From NCBI GenBank assembly GCA_017962315.1, contig JAGCVN010000069.1, forward strand, positions 975 to 64,974: a stretch of DNA of 64,000 nt. Reading direction: 5' to 3'. Under the pieces are notes generated by a model. The model had not been told where the DNA came from. It made no database searches and saw only the letters and a program-made list of their open reading frames with translations. The stretch comes from Kiritimatiellia bacterium (GTDB taxonomy: Bacteria; Verrucomicrobiota; Kiritimatiellia; RFP12; UBA1067). A program made the position numbers and the translations under genes. Of the stretch, positions 19,040-29,408 are shown in pieces (position 1 is the first letter of the stretch; every line of letters starts with the position of its first letter).

Positions 19040-20554
19040 ATGAAGCCGACATTCTGCCGTTTTTCGTTCATTCGTTCCCTGTTTCCCGTTTTCGGCATCT
19101 TCGCGTTTTTCTTCCTTGTCTACGCGCTGGGGGCGCAACGCGGGCTAAGCTGGCAGGACAGCGGGGAATTCCAGTTGCGCGCTTTCACGGCGGATTACAC
19201 ATGGTATCACGGCATTGCCCGGGCCCATCCCCTTTACGTCGCATTGACACGCGGGTTCATGTGGCTTTTCCCGTACACTTCCGCCGCATACGCCGTCACG
19301 CTGGCGAGCGGGTTCTCCATGTCCGTCGCGCTCGCGCTCCTCTTCGCCCTTGTCCGTAGGCTGGCGAAGGGGCGCGCGTGTCCCGCCCTGCTCGCGACCG
19401 TCGTGCTCGGATTCTGCCATATGCCCTGGTGGATGTCCTGCATGGCGGAAGTCTACACGTTCTCCCTTATGTTGCTGATGGGCGAACTGTACGCACTCTT
19501 CCGTGTGCGCGACTCGCCACGCTGGATGGCGCTCGCCTTTTTTCTGAACGGGCTCCACCTTGCCGTACACGACTTTGCCCTGCTGGATCTCGCCGTGCTC
19601 GGCACCTACCTTTTCTGGCTGGCTTTACGTGAACGCCGCCCTGCCCTGCTCTTCGCCTGTGCCGCGACCTGGACCGTCGGTGCCATCCCTGTCCTTGCAC
19701 TCGTCGTGGACACCTGCCTGGCGGAGGGACTGGCCGGCGCGGTGAAAAGCCTCCTATTCGGCAGCATCTATCAAGATTCCGTAACGGGTGCGGGCGGCAT
19801 GAAGCTTCAGCTGACCGCCGCGAATTTCGCCCTCGCCGCCGTGAGTTTCGCCAATCCCGTCTGGTTGCTCATCTTCAAACGAAACTCGCGAAAAGACTCC
19901 TCCCTCGATCCCGTTTTTCTCGATACGCCCTTCCGTAACGCACTCCTGGCATGGACTGCGGTTCATTTCCTTTTCTGGGTAAGGTATTTCGTCCCCGACC
20001 AAGCGACCTTTCTCCTCCCGACGCTCGGTCTTCTTGCCATCTGGACGGGAATCGGCGCCGCACGTCTTGAACAGAACCGCTTCTATCTCCTTCAGCTCGT
20101 CGCGCTTTCCGTCCTCTTCTCCGTTTTTGTCCCGCTTGTTTTGTCAAAGGCGCTCACCTTGCATGACTTCGGCATGACCCGTATACGCGCACTTCCTTTC
20201 CGAAGCGAATTCGCCTACTGGTTGCTTCCGTGGAAAGCGGGCGAAGATTCGTGCGAACGCTTTGTCCGCTCCGTCTGCAGGCAACTTGGGAAAGGCGACC
20301 TCCTCTTTGCCGATTCAACGCCCGCAGCGCCCCTCCTCGCCGCGCAGACGCAGGGTAGGCTCTCGTCCGCTGTCCGGATTATCACGCCGCACGAACAACT
20401 TTCTCCCGAAAGAATGCGGGCTGAAATGGCAGACGCCCGCCGTGTCTACGTCGTTTCCCCGAAGCCCGGATATGCCGTGGGCGAAGAAATCCTGCTGAGG
20501 GGCGGGTATCGGTTTGTGAAGGAGGGCGTGCTGTACCGCGTCACGGGAAAATGA
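19040..20554 (+). CDS. DUF2723-like polytopic membrane protein (glycosyltransferase-C-fold-like)
   Basis: ORF 18509-20554. The ATG at 19040 gives MKPTFCRFSF... with many TM segments and the early motif LSWQDSGEF. The upstream 177 codons look non-coding. Confidence 0.65.
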   Translation: MKPTFCRFSFIRSLFPVFGIFAFFFLVYALGAQRGLSWQDSGEFQLRAFTADYTWYHGIARAHPLYVALTRGFMWLFPYTSAAYAVTLASGFSMSVALALLFALVRRLAKGRACPALLATVVLGFCHMPWWMSCMAEVYTFSLMLLMGELYALFRVRDSPRWMALAFFLNGLHLAVHDFALLDLAVLGTYLFWLALRERRPALLFACAATWTVGAIPVLALVVDTCLAEGLAGAVKSLLFGSIYQDSVTGAGGMKLQLTAANFALAAVSFANPVWLLIFKRNSRKDSSLDPVFLDTPFRNALLAWTAVHFLFWVRYFVPDQATFLLPTLGLLAIWTGIGAARLEQNRFYLLQLVALSVLFSVFVPLVLSKALTLHDFGMTRIRALPFRSEFAYWLLPWKAGEDSCERFVRSVCRQLGKGDLLFADSTPAAPLLAAQTQGRLSSAVRIITPHEQLSPERMRAEMADARRVYVVSPKPGYAVGEEILLRGGYRFVKEGVLYRVTGK

Positions 20555-21726
20555 GGACGATCCTGCACATCGATATGGATGCGTTCTTCGCCTCCGTCGA
20601 ACAACGCGACCATCCTGAACTGCGCGGCAAGCCCGTCATCGTCGGGGCGCCGCCAGACCGGCGCGGTGTTGTCTCGACCTGTTCGTATGAAGCGCGGAAA
20701 TTCGGAGTCCGTTCCGCGATGCCCTCCAGGGAGGCATACCGCCTTTGTCCCCACGGCCTCTTTGTGCCGCCGGATTTTCCCCGCTACAAAGAGGCTTCCG
20801 ACCACGTCTTTGAAATCTTCTCACGTTTCACCCCGTTCGTGCAAGGCGTCTCGATCGACGAAGCGTTCCTGGATGTGACGGGATCGCGCGCGCTTTTCGG
20901 CGACGGTCCCGAAATCGCCCGGCGGATCCGTTCGGCGATCGCGCAGGAAGTCCGCCTCACCGCCTCTGTCGGGGTCGCGTCGAACAAGTTTCTCGCGAAA
21001 CTTGGAAGCGAGGCGGCCAAACCCGACGGCCTCTTTGTCGTGCCGGACGACGAAGCGGGAACGCTGGCGTTTCTGGATACGTTGAAAGTCGACGACCTCT
21101 GGGGCGTGGGCAGAGTAACGGGCGAAGCTCTTCGACGCGCCGGTTTCACACGTGTCGCCGACCTCCGCAAGGCAGGGGAGAACCGTTTGAAACGATTACT
21201 GGGCGATGCACTGGGCAGCCACCTTTTCGCACTCGCGCATGGACGCGATGACCGCGAGGTCGTCACGGAGACCGTTGAAAAAAGCATCTCCCGCGAGACA
21301 ACGTTCGACGAAGACTGCCGCGACCGCGAAGTCGTGCGTGAAACCCTCCGCAGCCTGTGCGGCGATGTCGGCCGCCGGGTCCGCGCCGGAGGTTTCTACG
21401 CCACCGTGGGCAAACTCAAGTTGCGCTGGTCGGATTTCTCGACGATCACAAGGCAGAAGACGTTCCCTTCCGCCGTTTGTGACGACTTCGCCTTCCGCGA
21501 ACTCGCCTTTTCCCTGTTCGACAAAGAACCGTTCATCAAGCCTGTCCGATTAATCGGTTTCGGCGTGGCGAACCTCACGACGCAACGCATGGAACAACTT
21601 TCCCTGTTCGGGGAAGAGGACGCCAACCGGGAGAAACACGAACGCCTGAGCCAAACGCTTGATGCCCTCCACGAACGCCTTGCCTCGCTCGCCCGCCGGT
21701 CCCCGCCCCACTCCGGGGATTCATAG
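20551..21726 (+). CDS. dinB: DNA polymerase IV
   Basis: 391 aa with ILHIDMDAFFASVEQRD, SIDEAFLDVT and ASVGVASNKFLAK. ATGA overlap with the upstream gene. Confidence 0.9.
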   Translation: MRTILHIDMDAFFASVEQRDHPELRGKPVIVGAPPDRRGVVSTCSYEARKFGVRSAMPSREAYRLCPHGLFVPPDFPRYKEASDHVFEIFSRFTPFVQGVSIDEAFLDVTGSRALFGDGPEIARRIRSAIAQEVRLTASVGVASNKFLAKLGSEAAKPDGLFVVPDDEAGTLAFLDTLKVDDLWGVGRVTGEALRRAGFTRVADLRKAGENRLKRLLGDALGSHLFALAHGRDDREVVTETVEKSISRETTFDEDCRDREVVRETLRSLCGDVGRRVRAGGFYATVGKLKLRWSDFSTITRQKTFPSAVCDDFAFRELAFSLFDKEPFIKPVRLIGFGVANLTTQRMEQLSLFGEEDANREKHERLSQTLDALHERLASLARRSPPHSGDS

Positions 21727-21770
21727 GCACAATGGGAAAAGCCGCCTTGTATTTAGCGCGGTTCGATTCG

Positions 21771-22151
21771 CTACAACAGGAAAACCTCTTCCTCCTGGGA
21801 GAAGAAACTTTCGTCGTCCATTCCCTGAATGTCTAGCAGAAGTTCTTCCTCGGAGAACGAGGCGGCGTTCACGGTCAACACGGAAGGAGGGGCTTTCGAC
21901 TGTTTCTTTGCCCCAGCCAGATACCATGCCGCCCCCAGCAAAAGAGCGAAAACGGCGGCGACCTTTGCAAAGAGGAACACGCGCCGGACAAACAAACGGC
22001 GGGAAGAGGAACGGACGGCGGCGGTATGTACCGCTTCCAGCGTCCGCCGGGACGGTTCCTCGCCGGCATACGCAGACTTGTTTCCGGAAAGAGACTGTAA
22101 CACGGACAGTTCCTCCTCGACCATTCGCTCTGTCAACACGTGTTCGCTCAT
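21771..22151 (-). CDS. putative anti-sigma factor (single TM)
   Basis: 126 aa. 4-nt overlap with the upstream ECF sigma gene. One hydrophobic helix (VFLFAKVAAVFALLLGAAWYLAG). Confidence 0.55.
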   Translation of the reverse strand: MSEHVLTERMVEEELSVLQSLSGNKSAYAGEEPSRRTLEAVHTAAVRSSSRRLFVRRVFLFAKVAAVFALLLGAAWYLAGAKKQSKAPPSVLTVNAASFSEEELLLDIQGMDDESFFSQEEEVFLL

Positions 22152-22774
22152 TTCGCCACCTTTTTTTGCGGCTTCCGTCCGGAAGCCTCCTTGTTAAGCC
22201 AACCTTTCAATTTTCCAAGCGCATCGTGCATCCTGCCGAGCGCCGTGTTCAACGGGATGTCCAACTGGCGGGCAATCTCGTTAAACGGCAATCCAGCCTC
22301 GGTCCGCATGAGGAATACCTCGCGTTGGCCGGGCGTCAGCGAGGCGACCGCCAGGCGGACCCTCTGCCGCATATCCGCCAGTTCAACCTCCTGCCCCGGC
22401 GTGTACGTTGCAGCCGGGATTAGATCACCGAGTGTCGTCCCGTCACCGATCCCGTCCATGTCGAACGGCACATCCAGGCTGGTATCCGGCTTCTTTTTCC
22501 GGCGCAGGTCGATCACCAGATTCCGTGCGATCCGCCACAGCCACGCCTTGAACGAAATGTCGCTGAACCGCTCCGCCGAACGGATGACCCGGAACCAGCA
22601 GTCCTGGAAAAGGTCTTCCGCGTCGGCCCGGTTTCCCGACATACCCAGAAACCAAGCGAAAAGCGGCTGGCGGTACCGCGCCACAAGCGCGTCCATCGCG
22701 GAAACGTCCCCGCGGACGTAAGCCGCCATCAACTCCGCATCGTCAATTTCAGGATAGGTTCGTTCAACCGACAT
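22148..22774 (-). CDS. ECF-type RNA polymerase sigma factor
   Basis: ORF 22148-22855, likely start ATG 22774. Region 2 (DAEDLFQDCWFRV, AWLWRIARN) and a region 4 HTH (LPFNEIARQLDIPLNTALGRMHDA). Confidence 0.85.
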   Translation of the reverse strand: MSVERTYPEIDDAELMAAYVRGDVSAMDALVARYRQPLFAWFLGMSGNRADAEDLFQDCWFRVIRSAERFSDISFKAWLWRIARNLVIDLRRKKKPDTSLDVPFDMDGIGDGTTLGDLIPAATYTPGQEVELADMRQRVRLAVASLTPGQREVFLMRTEAGLPFNEIARQLDIPLNTALGRMHDALGKLKGWLNKEASGRKPQKKVAK

Positions 22775-22800
22775 GAGACTAGAACGTGGTGAATCCGGAT

Positions 22801-23997
22801 TTATTGTGGAGGATTCCAGAAAACGTGAGACGCCGGCGCGTCGGCGAGACCGCAATCTGCCAACGACAACCTGCGAAGCGCGTCGAACCTCGGCCTCATT
22901 TCGGCGAGCGAATCGCCGCCCAGTTTCTCAATCAGCGCATCCGCCAGGACGTGCGCGACAACCGACTCCAGCACGACGACTGCGCGCGGGACGGGACAGA
23001 AGTCGGAACGTTCGTACCGCGTCTCCCCTTCCTTCCCGTTCGCAAGATCCACCGTCGGCTGCGGCTTCAGCGTGGTAGGAATCGGCTTCATCGCGGCGCG
23101 GAGCCAGAGTGTCCCGCCGTTCGAGATACCGCCCTCGACCCCTCCGCAGCGGTTGGAGGTACGGACAAGCTCACCGTCCGCCAGACGGATCGGGTCGTGC
23201 GCCTCCGTCCCGCACCGCGCGCTGTTGGCAAAGGCATCCCCGATCTCGACCCCCTTGACGGCCTGCACGGCCAGGACGGCCGCGCCGAGGCGGGCATCCA
23301 GGCGACGTTCCGGCGTCGCAAAAGCCCCTAGCCCGGGCGGCAGGCCGAACGCGGCGACCTCAATCACGCCGCCCAAGGTCTCGCCCTCCGCCTTCGCCTG
23401 TTCAATCGCCTTTTGCGCGAGCGCGTCCGACGCGGCATCCGGCATCTGGGTTGCGAACGACCGTGCCTGGCGCACAACGGCTTCGGAAACCGCTTCCCCC
23501 TCGACGGGGCTTTGCACGCCGCCGAGCGAAGAGACAAAACCGCCGACATGGATTCCAAATTCCGCAAGGAAGGCGCGGAAGACCGCGCCGGCCGCGACAC
23601 GGGCGGCGGTTTCGCGCGCGGAGGCGCGTTCCAGCGCCGGACGGATATCGGAATAACCGTACTTCACCACTGCGGCAAGATCGGCGTGTCCGGGGCGCGG
23701 CGTCGTGTAGGCGGGAACGGTGCGTCCCTGCCACTTCGCAAAATCCGCGTTGGCGATCTGGAGTGCCACGGGGGCGCCCGTCGTGCGGCCCTCCATCACG
23801 CCGGCCAGAATCCGCGCCGCGTCCGTCTCGATCGCCATGCGCCCGCCGGCACCGGTTTTCAACTGACGCCGCGCAAGGTCCGTCCGAATCAGAGACTCGT
23901 CAACCGGGATCCCGGAGGGCAGCCCTTCGATAACGGCAGTCAGGCAGGGGCCGTGCGATTCCCCCGCAGTCACAACGTGCAGCGACATGGATTCCAC
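22801..23997 (-). CDS. aroC: chorismate synthase
   Basis: N-terminus ...VTAGESHGPCL, plus GRSSARETA-like ERASARETAARV. The start may be the ATG 9 nt downstream. Confidence 0.88.
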   Translation of the reverse strand: MESMSLHVVTAGESHGPCLTAVIEGLPSGIPVDESLIRTDLARRQLKTGAGGRMAIETDAARILAGVMEGRTTGAPVALQIANADFAKWQGRTVPAYTTPRPGHADLAAVVKYGYSDIRPALERASARETAARVAAGAVFRAFLAEFGIHVGGFVSSLGGVQSPVEGEAVSEAVVRQARSFATQMPDAASDALAQKAIEQAKAEGETLGGVIEVAAFGLPPGLGAFATPERRLDARLGAAVLAVQAVKGVEIGDAFANSARCGTEAHDPIRLADGELVRTSNRCGGVEGGISNGGTLWLRAAMKPIPTTLKPQPTVDLANGKEGETRYERSDFCPVPRAVVVLESVVAHVLADALIEKLGGDSLAEMRPRFDALRRLSLADCGLADAPASHVFWNPPQ

Positions 23998-24013
23998 CTC
24001 CGTTCAGGGGATG

Positions 24014-25216
24014 TTACTTCAAGAGCAAGTCCATCAAATCCGAACCGAAGAGACGACCGAGAGAACCGCGTCTCGCAGATTGTTCGTCATACACTTCGAC
24101 GTGATCCGGTTCAACGCCGGGCTGATACACGGCAACGGGGACAGGCGTCCGCGTATGCTTGCCGATGGCCAGCGGGACGGGATGGTCGGGGAGGACGCAA
24201 TACGCGACACCCGGACCGAGCGCGTCCATCACGCGGGCGATCAGGCGGCGGTCGAGATCTTCGATCACCTTCAGCTTCATTTCCAAATCCTTGGCGTGGG
24301 AGACCTCATCCGTCGCCTCGAGGTGGACGTACACAAAATCGTACCCATCGTCGCGTATCGCCCTGATTGCGGCATCGGCCTTTCCTTCATAGTTCGTATC
24401 GATGTATCCCGTCGCGCCGGGAACCCGGATGACATCCAGCCCCATGCAGCGTCCAAGCCCGTTGATGACATCGACGGCGGAAATCACGGCGCACTTCGCC
24501 CCGTACCGTTCGCTTACACTGTGAATCGCGCCGGCTTTCCCGCCGCTCCAGGGCCAGATTCCGTTCGCCTGACGCCCCTTCAGCACCTCCGCCGCCCCGG
24601 CGATCAAATTGCGCAGGGTTTCCGCCGTCACGATCCCGGCTTCGGATTTCGTCCGGGGGAGATGTTTGTCGACCGGGCGGCCTTGGTTGTCATCCGGCTT
24701 GTCGTAGGAAATCTCCACGCTGAATTCCTTTCCGTGCAACACAAGGAGGTTGCGGTAACTGACACCGGGATAAAAAGTCACTTTTTCGGAACCAAGCTTC
24801 TCGTTGAGAAGGCGGATGGATTCCTCGGCATCCTTCTGGGCAATATGCCCGCCGGAGAAATCCCGGAGGATGCCGTCCTCGTCAACCGTAATCAGGTTCA
24901 CACGGAAGACAACATCGTCAGACCCCGTCTGGATGCCGCGGCTTGCGGCCTCCAGCGGTCCTCGTCCGCAAAGTTCGGTGGCGAGGTCGCCCCCCAACAC
25001 AGACATGTTCGCGACATCGCTGGACGTCGGGAATTCGCGTGGAAGCGTCAACATCGTACCGCTGCGGCCGAGACGGGCGATGGCATCCATCGCGGGTGTG
25101 TCGGCATACTGGAGCGGCGTCTTCATGTCGAGTTGCTTGATCGGTTCGTCGGCCATGCCGTCACCGAGGAACAAGACGGTTTTAAACGGTTTCATCGAGG
25201 TAGCCTTTCTGCTCAA
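24014..25216 (-). CDS. apgM: cofactor-independent phosphoglycerate mutase, archaeal type (ApgM family; also proposed homoserine kinase family)
   Basis: 400 aa with VLFLGDGMADEP, the metalloenzyme-domain pattern and the C-terminal HLEATDEVSH. Confidence 0.75.
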   Translation of the reverse strand: MSRKATSMKPFKTVLFLGDGMADEPIKQLDMKTPLQYADTPAMDAIARLGRSGTMLTLPREFPTSSDVANMSVLGGDLATELCGRGPLEAASRGIQTGSDDVVFRVNLITVDEDGILRDFSGGHIAQKDAEESIRLLNEKLGSEKVTFYPGVSYRNLLVLHGKEFSVEISYDKPDDNQGRPVDKHLPRTKSEAGIVTAETLRNLIAGAAEVLKGRQANGIWPWSGGKAGAIHSVSERYGAKCAVISAVDVINGLGRCMGLDVIRVPGATGYIDTNYEGKADAAIRAIRDDGYDFVYVHLEATDEVSHAKDLEMKLKVIEDLDRRLIARVMDALGPGVAYCVLPDHPVPLAIGKHTRTPVPVAVYQPGVEPDHVEVYDEQSARRGSLGRLFGSDLMDLLLK

Positions 25217-26577
25217 AGCGATTCAAGACGGATACCCTTAGAGCGGAGTTCGTCCGCATCGAGCGCATACGCGGGGTCGATCTCCAGCGGGATCTGCGAA
25301 TCCTCCGGGAGGCCGAGCCAGCGACCCCATTTTGCCTGAAGGTCGCGGCGGCAGGTCGCGGGCGAATCATTGCCCTCCGCATTCTTGACGGGAGAAAACT
25401 CCTCCGCCCGGTCGAAAGCCAGATTGAGGACGGTTCCGGCATCAGGGAGGACGTCGAAGATGAATTTTTCGAACTTGCAGCCATTCGCCTTTTCGGGTTT
25501 CACAACCGTACCGTCGTCGCGGCAGTACGATATTTTTTTATGCGCGATATGCAGAGGCATCGCCTTGCGCGCCTCGCGTTCCATGAACACGCGGGAAAAG
25601 ACGTGTATCGCGACGCTGCCATACTTGAAGTAGAGTTCGCCGTCCTCGCGGCGGCGGTTCGCCTGTTCGTCCGAAAGTTCGGAATACTCAACCATTTCGA
25701 AACGTTCGCCACGCTTGACAACGACCCCGACTCCTTCCTTCGGATCGCGTTTGGCGACGAGTTTCAGCGAGATATCCGCCTTGCGCATCGTATGCAACCC
25801 GATAAACGCCGCGTCGGCGATTTCGACCATGGGGTTGTCCACCTGAAAGTAAAACACCGCCTCAATCCCGCGGCGCTTCATATCCGCAAGGCAACCGTTC
25901 CGGTCGAGCGCGGTCAACGTGCCGCCGTGACCATCCGGGCTCATGAAGATGTGCGACGGCTGGTCGAGCAGGATGCGCCCGTCGGCGTCGAGCGCCGGCC
26001 ACATACCTTGGCGGAAGAAAATGACATCCGCCGGATCCAGACCGAAGTAGCCGTTCTCACGGAAACAAGCGACCGTCGCCTCATGGTTCATCTCGCTTGT
26101 CATGATATAGAACGGAACGCGCGCGCCGTGGCGTCGGCACAGAGCCAGCACCTTGCGGCTGTGGAAATAGAACACCGGGCGGCCGGAAAGCGGTCCGATC
26201 CCGTAGGCGCCTTTCGGTCCGTCGTAACCGAGGCGCGACCCCTGTCCGCCGGCGACCAGCAAAACGGCAACACGGCCGGCGGCAAGTTCACGTTCGCCGA
26301 CGGCTTTCGCCTCGGCATACAGCGAATCCGTCCATTCAACCACTTCGGGAGCGACCGCTTCCGGACGCCCCTCGTCCGCCGCACCCTCGGACGGCGCGGC
26401 GTTCAAAAGCCCTTTCATGCGCTCCAGACTCTCAAAATCAATGCTGGCGATTTGTCCGAGGAGCGCGGCACGCGCCTCTTCCGTAAGCGTTTCCCAAAAC
26501 TTCAACACCTGCTCCTGACCGTGGTTGGACAGGAGTTCTTTGGCTTCCTCGTATGTCATCTTTCTCTCCATAACCAT
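25213..26577 (-). CDS. UDP-sugar / UDP-N-acetylglucosamine pyrophosphorylase, eukaryote-type (UDPGP family)
   Basis: 454 aa with LLVAGGQGSRLGYDGPKG, SPDGHGG and VDNPMV. 4-nt overlap with apgM. Confidence 0.75.
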   Translation of the reverse strand: MVMERKMTYEEAKELLSNHGQEQVLKFWETLTEEARAALLGQIASIDFESLERMKGLLNAAPSEGAADEGRPEAVAPEVVEWTDSLYAEAKAVGERELAAGRVAVLLVAGGQGSRLGYDGPKGAYGIGPLSGRPVFYFHSRKVLALCRRHGARVPFYIMTSEMNHEATVACFRENGYFGLDPADVIFFRQGMWPALDADGRILLDQPSHIFMSPDGHGGTLTALDRNGCLADMKRRGIEAVFYFQVDNPMVEIADAAFIGLHTMRKADISLKLVAKRDPKEGVGVVVKRGERFEMVEYSELSDEQANRRREDGELYFKYGSVAIHVFSRVFMEREARKAMPLHIAHKKISYCRDDGTVVKPEKANGCKFEKFIFDVLPDAGTVLNLAFDRAEEFSPVKNAEGNDSPATCRRDLQAKWGRWLGLPEDSQIPLEIDPAYALDADELRSKGIRLESL

Positions 26578-26692
26578 CCCCTTTCCCCGAAGGAAGTGGA
26601 AAACGCATCCAAGTATAACAGATTTCGTCCGTGTGAAACAGGGGAAAATTATGGAGATTGCCTTTTCTGGAGGGATTCGCTACAATGGGCCG

Positions 26693-27337
26693 ATGAAAAA
26701 CGTGTTGTTCGATTTGGACGGGACGCTCGTCCACACCCTCCCGGATTTAACCCGCGCACTCAACCTGACGCGGGGCGAATACGGGCTTGCGCCGATCACA
26801 GAGCAGGAAGTCCAGTTCTGCATCGGCAACGGTGTGCGGAATCTCGTCGAACGGGCGATCCCGGAACTCCCCGACCGTCTGGACGCACTGTTCGCGCGCC
26901 AATTGTTCCACTATACGGAACATTGTCTGGACGCCTCCGTCCCCTACCCCGGCGTCCTCCCGCTTCTCCGCCGACTACGCGACGCAGGTTGGAAGACCGC
27001 AGTCGTGACGAACAAGGCTGCCGCCGTTACGCGGAGGTTGCTCGACGGGCTGGGCGTTTCGCCGTTACTCGACGCGATTGTCGGCGGCGGCGAGACGGCA
27101 GCGCTGAAGCCAGATCCCGCCCCGCTTCTGTTGGCCGCGCAACGCATGGGGGTGACGCTGGACAGATCGGACTGGATCGTCGGGGACCATTACACGGATC
27201 TTCGCGCCGCGAGACTCTGCGGCATACAAGGGTGTTTCTGCGCATACGGGTACGGACAGACGCGCGGCGAACCAGCCGTGCGGACAATCCATGCGATTGA
27301 CGAGCTTTCCACCATTCTTTTTGAAGGTGCTGCATGA
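26693..27337 (+). CDS. HAD-superfamily phosphatase (phosphoglycolate phosphatase-like)
   Basis: ORF 26525-27337. The ATG at 26693 gives MKNVLFDLDGTLV (HAD motif I). Also VVTNK and GDHYTDL. Confidence 0.75.
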   Translation: MKNVLFDLDGTLVHTLPDLTRALNLTRGEYGLAPITEQEVQFCIGNGVRNLVERAIPELPDRLDALFARQLFHYTEHCLDASVPYPGVLPLLRRLRDAGWKTAVVTNKAAAVTRRLLDGLGVSPLLDAIVGGGETAALKPDPAPLLLAAQRMGVTLDRSDWIVGDHYTDLRAARLCGIQGCFCAYGYGQTRGEPAVRTIHAIDELSTILFEGAA

Positions 27338-29319
27338 TTGAGTTCCGCGACATTGAGGTACGCTACGGGACGCAGATCGTCCTTGAAAAGGTCAACTTCC
27401 GAATCAACAAAGGCGAGCGTGTCGGAATCGTCGGACCGAACGGTTCCGGGAAATCGACCCTTTTCCGTTTGATCATCGGGGATGCCGATCCAGACGAGGG
27501 CCGCGTCCTCATTGAGGAAAATCCGCGTATCGGAAACGTCCGCCAGCATCTCCATCCCGAAAGCCCCGAAGAGACGCTGCTGGAATATGCACTGCGCGGC
27601 GTCTCCGGCCTTTGCGAGCTGGAGGCAGAAATCCACCAACTCGAAGATGCGCTCACGGCGGAAAGCGATCCAGCGGAACGTAAGCGTTTGCTACGGAAAA
27701 TCGGCGACGCGCAGACCCGTTTTGAACACCTGGGGGGATACGACTTGGAGACGCGGGTCAAAGCGTCGCTAGGCGGACTTGGATTCGCGTCTGAGGAATT
27801 CGACAAACCATTTGCGAGTTTCAGCGGCGGGTGGCAGATGCGCGCCGAACTTTCGCGTGTCCTCGCTTCGCATCCCGACCTGTTGTTACTGGACGAACCG
27901 TCTAATTACCTCGACATTCCCGCCATCGCGTGGCTGCAGAGGTTCCTGAGGAACTACGACGGAACGCTGGTGTTGATCTCGCACGACCGTTTCCTGCTGC
28001 GGACGTTGACCTCCATCACGGTGGAGGTGGATGCGCGCACGGCGACGCGGTACAACGGCGATCTCGATTTCTACCTGCGCGAACGGGAAATCCGTTACCA
28101 GAACCTGCTCGCCGCGAAACAGAACCAAGACCGCCGGATTGAACAGTTGCAACGCTTCGTGGACGAATTCCGTTCGCAGGCCACGAAGGCGGCACAAGCG
28201 CAAAGCCGCGTCAAGATGATCGAAAAGATCCAGGCGGAAGCGGTGGTTCTGCCGAAACGCAGCCTCGCGGCCGGGTACCTGCGCCTCCCCCCTGCCCCGC
28301 ATGCCGGAGTCGAAATCGTCCGAATGGAACACCTTTCGTTTTCCTACGACGGAAAGCGGAATGTGCTCCACGACGTCAACCTCTCCATTTCGCGCGGCGA
28401 GAAAGTCGCCCTCATCGGATTCAACGGAATGGGCAAGACAACGCTCCTGCGCATGATCGCGGGTGTCCGCAAACCGACCGCCGGGACCTGTGTGTTAGGG
28501 CACCTCGTCAAGCCGGGGTACTTGTCGCAGGAATTTTCGGAAACGATCGATCCCGACGTATCCGTCTACGAATGCGCGAAACGCTGTCTGCCGAACACTG
28601 TGATCGAACGTGACCTGCGCGCGCAGCTTGGCGCCTTCGGCTTTTCGGCGGACGACATCACCAAACCGACAGGCGTGTTGAGCGGCGGCGAAAAAATCCG
28701 TCTCGCCTTCCTCCGACTCTTCCTCGATCCGCCGAACCTGATGCTGCTCGACGAACCGACGACGCATCTGGATATGGAGGGACGGGAAACGCTGGAAAAG
28801 GCGCTCAAAGTGTACAACGGGACCGTCTGCCTTGTAAGCCACGACATCGAATTCGTGCGGAATACGGCAGACGCCATACTCGAAATCACGCCGGAAGGGA
28901 TTCGGCGTTTCCCCGGCGGGTACGACTATTACGTCGAAAAGACGGGCGGGCTTTCCGAGACACCCCTCTCCGCCTCAGACGAAGCGCCGCAGACGGAGAA
29001 AGAATCCACGGCATTGACGGGCAAAGAATTGCGTCGTGCGCGGGCCCAGGCAAGGGAAAAACTTGCACCCGCAATCCGGGCGTTGCGGAAAAAAGTTGCC
29101 GAAGAAGAGGAAGAAATCGCTTCGCTGGAAAAACAGCTCGAGGAGATTTCCGCCGTCCTGTTCAATCCGCAGCCGGACACCGACTTCCCGAAGTTGAATC
29201 GGGAATTGAAATTCGTGCAAGACCGGCTCGATGTCTTCAACGAGGAATGGGAACGGGATGCGGCTGAACTCGACCGGCTCGTCGCGGAACAAGAAGCGGC
29301 GCAGAAGGAATTTTCCTGA
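27334..29319 (+). CDS. ABC-F family ATPase (two ABC domains plus C-terminal coiled coil)
   Basis: 661 aa. Walker A motifs GPNGSGKST and GFNGMGKTT. Signature motifs SGGWQMR and SGGEKIR. ATGA overlap with the upstream gene. Confidence 0.88.
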   Translation: MIEFRDIEVRYGTQIVLEKVNFRINKGERVGIVGPNGSGKSTLFRLIIGDADPDEGRVLIEENPRIGNVRQHLHPESPEETLLEYALRGVSGLCELEAEIHQLEDALTAESDPAERKRLLRKIGDAQTRFEHLGGYDLETRVKASLGGLGFASEEFDKPFASFSGGWQMRAELSRVLASHPDLLLLDEPSNYLDIPAIAWLQRFLRNYDGTLVLISHDRFLLRTLTSITVEVDARTATRYNGDLDFYLREREIRYQNLLAAKQNQDRRIEQLQRFVDEFRSQATKAAQAQSRVKMIEKIQAEAVVLPKRSLAAGYLRLPPAPHAGVEIVRMEHLSFSYDGKRNVLHDVNLSISRGEKVALIGFNGMGKTTLLRMIAGVRKPTAGTCVLGHLVKPGYLSQEFSETIDPDVSVYECAKRCLPNTVIERDLRAQLGAFGFSADDITKPTGVLSGGEKIRLAFLRLFLDPPNLMLLDEPTTHLDMEGRETLEKALKVYNGTVCLVSHDIEFVRNTADAILEITPEGIRRFPGGYDYYVEKTGGLSETPLSASDEAPQTEKESTALTGKELRRARAQAREKLAPAIRALRKKVAEEEEEIASLEKQLEEISAVLFNPQPDTDFPKLNRELKFVQDRLDVFNEEWERDAAELDRLVAEQEAAQKEFS

Positions 29320-29335
29320 CCTAGAAACAAAAAAA

Positions 29336-29368
29336 GGGCGGAAACTGCATTGCAGTCTCCGCCCTTTT
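29336..29368 (+). terminator. intrinsic terminator (usable from both directions) at the core/island boundary
   Basis: GGGCGGA..CTGCA-T-TGCAG..TCCGCCC hairpin (29336-29363), preceded by an A-run and followed by TTTT. It lies between convergent genes. Confidence 0.7.
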
Positions 29369-29408
29369 CCCGGCGCTTTGCAGTTCGCCGTTTTCCGATG
29401 GCGTTCGC

